DNA from: Eledone cirrhosa
Lineage: Eukaryota
NCBI GenBank assembly: GCA_964016885.1
Contig: OZ024740.1
Location: forward strand, 129,642,001 to 129,706,000
Direction: 5' to 3'
DNA: 64,000 bases
Shown here: positions 55,633-64,000 of the stretch, piece by piece
How positions within the stretch are numbered: position 1 is the stretch's first letter
Layout of the letters: each line of letters begins with the position of its first letter
Position numbers and translations under genes: made by a program
Notes under the pieces: generated by a model
Databases searched by the model: none
Seen by the model: the letters and a program-made list of their open reading frames with translations, nothing else
What the model was told of the DNA's origin: nothing

Positions 55633-58600
55633 ATATTGTTATATTTGGGGAGGGTCATATTTGCGTAATATTGCCAGAATTAATAACAGAACACACTCAC
55701 TGTTTGGTTGGTTTTCGCTTCTCGCTGTCTTTTATATCTGCATTTCAAGAAGAAATTATATAGGCATTTCAAGAAGAAACTAGAATGGATGAATAAGAAA
55801 AAACTACAAGAAAGGAAAATCGAATATTCACAAAAATACCCAGATAACATCGACAACATCCGTATGAGTGATGTAAAACTACCGGCAGAATTTACCAATG
55901 ACCACACAGTAAATATCTATGGGAACACTTTAATCAGTGAACAAGAACAACAAATCCTAAAGTTACCACCAAAATTTGCCATCTACAAAAAGATTAACCC
56001 TATGGAATGCAAAACGGAGCTGGAAAAGTGTTTCACAAAAATACGTTGGAATGCAAAGGTAAACAACAACAACAATAATAACGGTAGTAGTAATATAAAC
56101 AATAACTCTGGGTATAGAAATAACAGCCATAACCATAACAATGGCAGGAAAGTGAGAAATAGTGATAATGGCAATAATACTAGCGATAGACGGAACAACA
56201 ACAACCACAATAATAATAATAATAATAATAGAAACGTTAACCACAGTCACAGCAACAGTGACCACAGTAGTAATAACGGTAACAATACGAACAACAACAA
56301 CAATAACCACAGTGGCAATAATGGAAATAGTACATGTAGCAACATCAACAAAAACAAGAAACATAATAATAGTAACAACCACAATGGTAGAAATAGCAGT
56401 AACAACAACAACAATAACGGTGAAGTAAACAACAATACATCTAGCAATCATAACAATAATAATATTAATGCTAATGATAGAAACAACAACAACCACCATG
56501 ATAACAACAATAGCAACACACACAACTATGACGATAGAAATAACGACAACCCCTTAGAGAAACTATTTTTCAACCCAGCTGACAAAACATATAAGATGGG
56601 TAATATCTATCCTACGAGGTTACCCTTTAATAAAAGAGTTTGCATACCACAGCAAATAGATGACGAGACGGAGGCACAGTTCACCATAGCTAGAAATAAG
56701 ATTAGACAAGTAGTAGACAGGTACACTATGAGACAGAGCAGACCAGAGGCCCAACAACTTTGGATAAAACCTGTAGAAGGCTTGGTTAGCCTCAAGCAGC
56801 GCACAAGGGATGATGAGGTAGTGTGTCTACCCACAGATAAGTCTGGTAGGATGTCAATAGATAGCATGCCGAACTACATCGAGGCAATGCAACCCCACAT
56901 CACCAACACGAGCGAAGTTGCACAACTAACACACGATGGGAGAGAAAAAATCCTCAACGCTCACATGATGATGTGGACTGACATCCTAAAGCCAAGCAGA
57001 CGCACTGCCAACAACTTCCAGGCGTCTAACAATGGCATACCACCCTTGTATGGGCTCCGCAAAGACCACAAGACAGTCGACGACCCGACAACAGGACCAC
57101 CAACAAGACCCGTATGCGGAGCTAATATAGCTAGCAACTACAGGATCTCCTACTTCCTCTCAATGGTTATACGCCCCATAATGAAGATGTCCCCAGATGT
57201 ATGTGAAAGTACAGAGGACCTCCTCAGCAGAATCAGTGAGTGCAACAAAAACAGGAGCCTATCCAACTGCATAATAGGCAGCATGGATGTGGTGTCACTG
57301 TACCCATCCATTAACATTGATTTTGCTGTGAAAAGATGTGTGGAGATGATCATTGAGAGTGAGGTGGAGTTCTGCGACGTCGACACAGACGAACTGGGCC
57401 TTCTACTTAGACTTACCTACGACACTGACTACCTAGACAGCCATGACCTTAGATGTTTCTGCCCTAGTAGACCTATAAGAGGTAGACCTCCCACCATAAC
57501 CTCAATGGCTAAAAAGACTCCCATAGGAAGGTGCATTGGGTGGACCAAAGCTATACGGACCCCCCAAAACACTGATCAGGTAAGAAAAATGGTCGCACAT
57601 GCAATAGGGGCTAGTATCAAAACTACCCTAAAGGGCCACATATTTAAGTTCAATGAGAAAATCTACACCCAAAATGAGGGAGCAGCCATCGGCGTCAGCA
57701 TAGCTGGTGATGTTGCCAACCTTTTCATGGTATGGTGGGAAAGGAGACTTAACGATCTCCTTAATGAAAGCTCCATAGACCTCATCATGTACTCTCGTTA
57801 TGTAGACGATATCAATATAGTTATAAGAACACCCCCACTAGAGAGCACTAACAAGTTTGATTTAGAACGTAACACGATGGAAAGCATCCAGCAGATAGCT
57901 AATTCCATACACCAGAGTATAACTGTAACTATAGACTTCCCTTCCAAACACCCTAACAATAGACTACCTGTATTAGACACAGAACTCTGGATTAACACGA
58001 TAGACGAGAGAGCCCAAATTCTCCACTCACACTATGCTAAACCCATGGCCTCCAAATACCTGATACTCAAAAACTCAGCAATGTCCAGTAGTGCTAAGTT
58101 TAATATTCTGATCGCAGATTTGGTACGAGTGATGAAGAATGTGTCCAGCATGTGCGACCCAACAGAAATGGAAGGACACATCCAACACTTCATCAACCGC
58201 ATGCAGTTCTCTGGCTACAACCAAAGAGACAGAGTCAGAGTATACGAAGGAGCCATGGAAAAGTATAAGACCCTCATAGAACTGGACATGAAAGGAATTT
58301 GCCCACTATACAGGAGCAAATCATGGAATAGCTTAGATAGGGCTAGACATAAGATAGGGAAGGCCACATCATGGTACGACAACCAGAGATATCAGAGTGT
58401 CATGTTTGTGGACGCCAGCCCTGGAGGGAAATTAGCTAACCAGTGTAGAAAGGCCCTGAGAAAGACCCACTTAAAAATAAAGGTGGTAGAAAAGCCAGGA
58501 ACCACCATAAAATCCCTGATCAGCAAAACATACCCTTTTAAGAAAACCCACTGTACCAATAGGAAATGTATCATATGTAAGGTGAACCCCCGGATAAACT

Positions 58601-59531
58601 GTAAAACTAGAAACGTAGTCTATAGCATAAGATGTACAGAGGGTACTTGCAGAAACATGACAACAGCATACATAGGTGAGACAGCTCGTAGCATAGGTGA
58701 AAGGATAGACCAACACTGCGAGGAACTAAAAGGACGAAAAAACGGGTCAGTACTATACGAACATGCTAGACAACAACATGACGGTAACATAGACAACATA
58801 GAAATTAGAATAATATCTAAACATAGGAATGACCCAGCAGATAGGCAAATCAGAGAGGCCAGTGAAATAGAAATTAGAAGACCAAAGCTAAACAGAAAGA
58901 ATGAGTGGAACAACAACAACACCCAAACAAACAACACTGACCTAAGAGAAGTATAAATAAGTAAATAAAATAAAATAAAATAAGATAAATAAATACATAC
59001 ACAAGCACAATAACAACAAGCACATAAACACACACTAGTCACCCAGCAGACACAACACTATACACACTAGTCACACATCACACATAACACTATACACACA
59101 CGCAAACGCATGCGCAAAGAAGACAAAATAAAATAAGATAAACAAACAGGCAAATAAATAAATAAATATATAGACAGACTGAACAAAAAAAAAAAATGGC
59201 GTAGACATACAACACAACAGGAGGAACAATGAATATAACACCACTGACGATGTTGCAGATGTGCAACGAAAGATTTATGTAAATTATGTAAACTATATAT
59301 ATGTGTTTGTGTCTATATTGTATCTGTATTATTTTTGACCGCCGGTCAGTCAATGGCAACATTGAGGACCGAGTAAGTTAGATCGCAGATATAAAAGACA
59401 GCGAGAAGCGAAAACCAACCAAACAGTGAGTGTGTTCTGTTATTAATTCTGGCAATATTACGCAAATATGACCCTCCCCAAATATAACAATATCTGTTTC
59501 GACACACGATTTCATATAAAAAACCTCGCAA

Positions 59532-59534
<3 letters not shown>
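55633..59534 (+). mobile_element. Naiad-like Penelope-like element, 5'-truncated with an inverted partial pLTR, in (TA)n
   Basis: 55633-55741 is the reverse complement of 59385-59493. 41-nt 3' extension. (TA)n flanks. Confidence 0.9.
55708..58956 (+). CDS. PLE RT + Cys-rich linker + GIY-YIG endonuclease with an Asn-rich insertion
   Basis: LKLPPKF, PTDKSG, LYGLRKDHK, TRPVC, GSMDVVSLYPSI, the Naiad-type RGRPPTIT insert, QNEGAAIG, RYVDD, LPVLD, C..C..C...C, NVVY..YIGET, ERIDQH. The first codons derive from the inverted pLTR; first ATG at 55789. Confidence 0.9.
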   Translation: MVFASRCLLYLHFKKKLYRHFKKKLEWMNKKKLQERKIEYSQKYPDNIDNIRMSDVKLPAEFTNDHTVNIYGNTLISEQEQQILKLPPKFAIYKKINPMECKTELEKCFTKIRWNAKVNNNNNNNGSSNINNNSGYRNNSHNHNNGRKVRNSDNGNNTSDRRNNNNHNNNNNNNRNVNHSHSNSDHSSNNGNNTNNNNNNHSGNNGNSTCSNINKNKKHNNSNNHNGRNSSNNNNNNGEVNNNTSSNHNNNNINANDRNNNNHHDNNNSNTHNYDDRNNDNPLEKLFFNPADKTYKMGNIYPTRLPFNKRVCIPQQIDDETEAQFTIARNKIRQVVDRYTMRQSRPEAQQLWIKPVEGLVSLKQRTRDDEVVCLPTDKSGRMSIDSMPNYIEAMQPHITNTSEVAQLTHDGREKILNAHMMMWTDILKPSRRTANNFQASNNGIPPLYGLRKDHKTVDDPTTGPPTRPVCGANIASNYRISYFLSMVIRPIMKMSPDVCESTEDLLSRISECNKNRSLSNCIIGSMDVVSLYPSINIDFAVKRCVEMIIESEVEFCDVDTDELGLLLRLTYDTDYLDSHDLRCFCPSRPIRGRPPTITSMAKKTPIGRCIGWTKAIRTPQNTDQVRKMVAHAIGASIKTTLKGHIFKFNEKIYTQNEGAAIGVSIAGDVANLFMVWWERRLNDLLNESSIDLIMYSRYVDDINIVIRTPPLESTNKFDLERNTMESIQQIANSIHQSITVTIDFPSKHPNNRLPVLDTELWINTIDERAQILHSHYAKPMASKYLILKNSAMSSSAKFNILIADLVRVMKNVSSMCDPTEMEGHIQHFINRMQFSGYNQRDRVRVYEGAMEKYKTLIELDMKGICPLYRSKSWNSLDRARHKIGKATSWYDNQRYQSVMFVDASPGGKLANQCRKALRKTHLKIKVVEKPGTTIKSLISKTYPFKKTHCTNRKCIICKVNPRINCKTRNVVYSIRCTEGTCRNMTTAYIGETARSIGERIDQHCEELKGRKNGSVLYEHARQQHDGNIDNIEIRIISKHRNDPADRQIREASEIEIRRPKLNRKNEWNNNNTQTNNTDLREV

Positions 59535-59563
<29 letters not shown>

Positions 59564-59571
<8 letters not shown>

Positions 59572-59786
59572 AATACATGGACAATCACAGGGAATAATTT
59601 GTAAAGAATGTAAGCACACATAGCTAAGCAGGTAACTAATTAAAGTCTAACTAGAACTTCAAATATAGATACCTTTTAAAATGATTAACCATATTTGAAG
59701 ATCTAGTTAAACTTTAATTAGTTAACTACTTCGCTATGAGTGCTTACATTCTTTACAAATTATTCCCGGTGATTGTTCCATGTATT

Positions 59787-59794
<8 letters not shown>
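59564..59794. repeat. Foldback/MITE-like element: ~105-bp inverted arms with a ~20-bp spacer, in (TA)n
   Basis: ATAAAATAAATACATGGACAATCAC...CTTCAAATAT / ATATTTGAAG...GTGATTGTTCCATGTATTTATTTTAT. Confidence 0.85.
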
Positions 59795-59856
<62 letters not shown>

Positions 59857-59898
59857 ATCTATTTCTAGTTGATATATATATATATATATATATATATA

Positions 59899-60669
<771 letters not shown>

Positions 60670-60760
60670 TGTATATACACCCCACCCCCCGCATTTCCAC
60701 CAAGTGTGAAGCTAATAACACGATGTACCATTGAGTACTGCGTTTTTGTTTGTCATTTTA

Positions 60761-60820
<60 letters not shown>

Positions 60821-61203
60821 ATGTGTGTGTGTGTTTGCGTGTGTGTGTGTGTTTGTGTGTGTGAGTGTGTGTATATATATATATATTTGATTCCAACTAT
60901 GTATGTGTGATAATCATTGTCATCCCAGTTGCATTGGACGTATATCTCTCTTAGACTGTGTTTCACTGTTACTATCTGACTATATCACAGGAGGCTCATC
61001 CGAAACCACGGTTCTTTAGCACCACAAAGTTATTAATCCTCTTTCTTGAAGGCCAGTGGACCATTGTTGGAAGGAAACCTGATGCTATAACAAAGGTAAT
61101 TGTTAGTCATATATTCGATGACTGATTATTAAGTCTAGTATATGCCCCCGACCACACATATATGTTTAAGCATATGCCAATATATATACAAATGTATATC
61201 AAT

Positions 61204-61240
<37 letters not shown>

Positions 61241-62929
61241 TTGAGTGGGTGTGTATATATATATATATATATGTTTGGGATTGTGTGTGCGAGTGTGTGT
61301 TTTTGTTTGTGGGTGTGTGTGTATAAATCTATGTTTGTGGGCGTTTTGCATGTGCGTGTGAGTGTAGTTTCATGAGGCTTTAGGGTGCTTTGTATATACA
61401 TCCATGTATATATTCCTGAAAATATCAATTATGCCTGCTTCTCAATTTCGCTTTCAATTAACGTTAAATCTATTTACTTATTTCCTATATATATAATCAC
61501 GACATAACATATAATACTCAGTATATAAACACACACTTAACCATTTCATTGCCGAGTAATTTTATTTTCATGTTTATTGATCTTTACCTCCTCAATAGCT
61601 TTTGCATTACAGAATGTCTATATTTGTTTTCATTTGCTGTTTTCCCCTGAATAAACAATCGTGTGATTCGGAAATTTACTCTGTAGTTGAAACATACTTG
61701 TTTCACATGTTATATATTTAGCTAATCGGAAAGTGTGTGAGAGGGAAGGAAGTGTGTGTGTGTCAGAGAGAGAAGGAGAGATATCGATAGTTAGAGAGAG
61801 AAGGATAATGAAAGAAAGAGACAGACATACAGAGAGTGAGGCAGAGATAAAGAAATAAAGAAATTTGCTGTGTAAAAGATTTCTCTTTCATTTTTTTTTT
61901 TCTTTCGATGGTTTGTTAATGCTGCCTTTTCACTATATTTCTCGTGAACTGTGACTTGAAGAAAGGTAAAGTGTTTTTGAGATAAGAGCCAAAATAAATT
62001 AGGAATACGTAAGTAGGAAATAAAGAGTAGGGAATCTATTGCGACATTAATTTTAAGTCTAATTCTTCGTTGCTTAACCCAAAGGCAGACAATCCACATT
62101 CTTCTCTAATATGCTAGACATAGTAGTTAGATATCCTACAACTCATACCTCATTGTCTAACACTAGGACACAATAAATGTCATAATTCGTTACTTAATGA
62201 TTCAATAAATATTGTATGGTCCCAACTGATCACTACTTTGATGATATGTCTGATCGATTGGAGCATAAACATCATGAGATTGGATAAAAACACAAAATGA
62301 TATTTTTTATTTGTTTGTTTTATACTTTCCTACGAATGTATATGTTTAGTCGTCATCTGAGACACATTGTTTTTAAATTCTAATTACACATAGTCATAAA
62401 AGCGTGACACATTTCTTTATATTTTGTTGAATATGATTCTATTTTGTTTCATATATCTTTTACTCACATAGATCCAGAAATATTATTGCAGATATATACA
62501 GTCAATCATGCGGATACAAAATATGTTTACATCGATATAAACACAAAAAAGTTGTCTAAATATAAGACACCTGTCTACTAATATATTTATGAAATCATTA
62601 ACACATCCCTGTACACAAATATTTCATTAATAAATATGAAAAGAAATGAATTGTGCATCTGTTTACTTTGAAGCAGAAAACTATTTCTATATTTGAAAGA
62701 TTCGGGAAATTTATCAGTTACTTTGCCTGAAAAAAGAAAAAGGAAGAAAAACATAATTAAGTGGATGCTACAAAACATAATTTAGAACTAAGCGGAATTA
62801 AATGAAATTTACTGATGTGGCCAGTGTGAGAAGGCCCGGGTTAAATGATTAATTCTAGACAAAGATGAATAATGAGACACGTAAAAAATTCCAATATATC
62901 AGAAAATACATTGTGGTTTCCATTCCATG

Positions 62930-64000
62930 TCGCAAAAACTGCCGATGGGCCTCCGACCTGTCTTGGGAGGCATGGCATGGACGCACAAACGCGGCTTATT
63001 CCGAGATCCCCCCAAAAGTCCGGCAGTGAGAAAACCTTGACAGATGGAACCTGGAACATCACAACTCTTACAGGTAAGGAGCTGCAACTAGGGGACTAGG
63101 CAAGATACTAGCGGCTACATATAAACGGTGTTTCCTTAGAAACGTTCCGTGGCTCTGATGTAGATGTTTGGATGAAGGATGAAAACTCCAGTATTTAGGT
63201 GGGACGCCAGAAATGACTGCACAGGTGGGTGTGGCTATACACGCAAGCCCGCGGTTCTCAGGCGGTGTTATGGAGTGCATCAGATTAGAAAGGAAAAAAA
63301 GGTCTCTTGAAGGCTAGTCTGACAGATAGGTGTGGTAGACTTGTGCATGCTGGTTGATCTGGATATGTAGAAAGCGCCTAACCATGACAATCTAGAGTAA
63401 TAATGCCAGATTTCAAAATATGGGAGAAAGGGGATTGTTCCAATTACAGAGGGATCTCCTTGTTAAGATTCTGCGTTAAAGTCTATACCGAGTGTCTAGC
63501 AAAGAAATGCAAGGAGATTGTCGAGTACAAACTAAATGATGAACAGTGTTGTATGTATTCGAGAAATCGTGGGATTATTGTCAAGAGGTATATTCTTGTT
63601 TTGTAGACCTTAAAAAGGCATATAACTACGTTCTTTGGGACCTGCTGTGGAAGGTTTTGCAAGAGTATGCGATAGAAGGTCAGCTTCTTGCTATCCTGAT
63701 ACGAATTACCGTATTTGTGTTCGGATAAATGGTGTTTAAGCGAAACCGTTCAATGTAGAAGTCGGAACCCGCCAAGGGTACGTACCTTTTCTGTTCATTA
63801 TTTACCTGAACTGGAGTGCCATGCGCAGACTGGTTGGAAGTTGTATTATGACTGGCATGTGTAACATGAAGATGATTTCCGACATTCACTCGATAGATTT
63901 GATGCCAAGTGGTGCATGGATGGAAAGTAAATCAGTACACTCGACATGTGAATGGGATTCCACTAGAGCAGGTAAAGGAGTTCAATTATCTCGGGACCGT
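62930..64000 (+). pseudogene. RTE-clade (Rex3/Expander-like) LINE fossil with large deletions
   Basis: GTWNITTLTGKELQL (APE start), KGDCSNYRGISLL, CFVDLKKAY..V..LLWKVLQEY, and V.EF.YLG at the window edge. Confidence 0.75.

Noticed and set aside
55708-59534. Selenoprotein/SECIS, as known for some Naiads
   Set aside because: No in-frame TGA, the ORF ends in TAA after a complete GIY-YIG, and there is no convincing SECIS fold.

Overview
Gene-poor, AT-rich, microsatellite-saturated animal DNA; the SINE family resembles the common Octopus SINE as I recall it, so a cephalopod host is likely but unverified. No intact host gene is visible, and most ORFs in the track are (TA)n/(TG)n artefacts. Contents: three R4/Dong-clade RLE retrotransposon copies on (TAA)n, one with an in-frame RT deletion; two deleted mariner copies; RTE and CRE LINE fossils; tRNA-SINEs; non-autonomous Helitrons; and two Penelope-like elements (PLEs) with open RT+GIY-YIG ORFs. 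One PLE is a ~15-kb structure (38264-53213: inverted copy + 3.25-kb pLTR + ORF + pLTR) whose UTR carries kilobases of microsatellite and a long-stem hammerhead ribozyme. The other is Naiad-like with a poly-Asn insert (55633-59534). The most interesting signal is a set of unrelated small non-coding elements (units ~318, ~543 and ~620 bp, plus fragments) with the same (TA)n targeting and tandem+inverted architecture, several with clear type I hammerhead folds. These are candidate retrozyme-like parasites of the PLE machinery.
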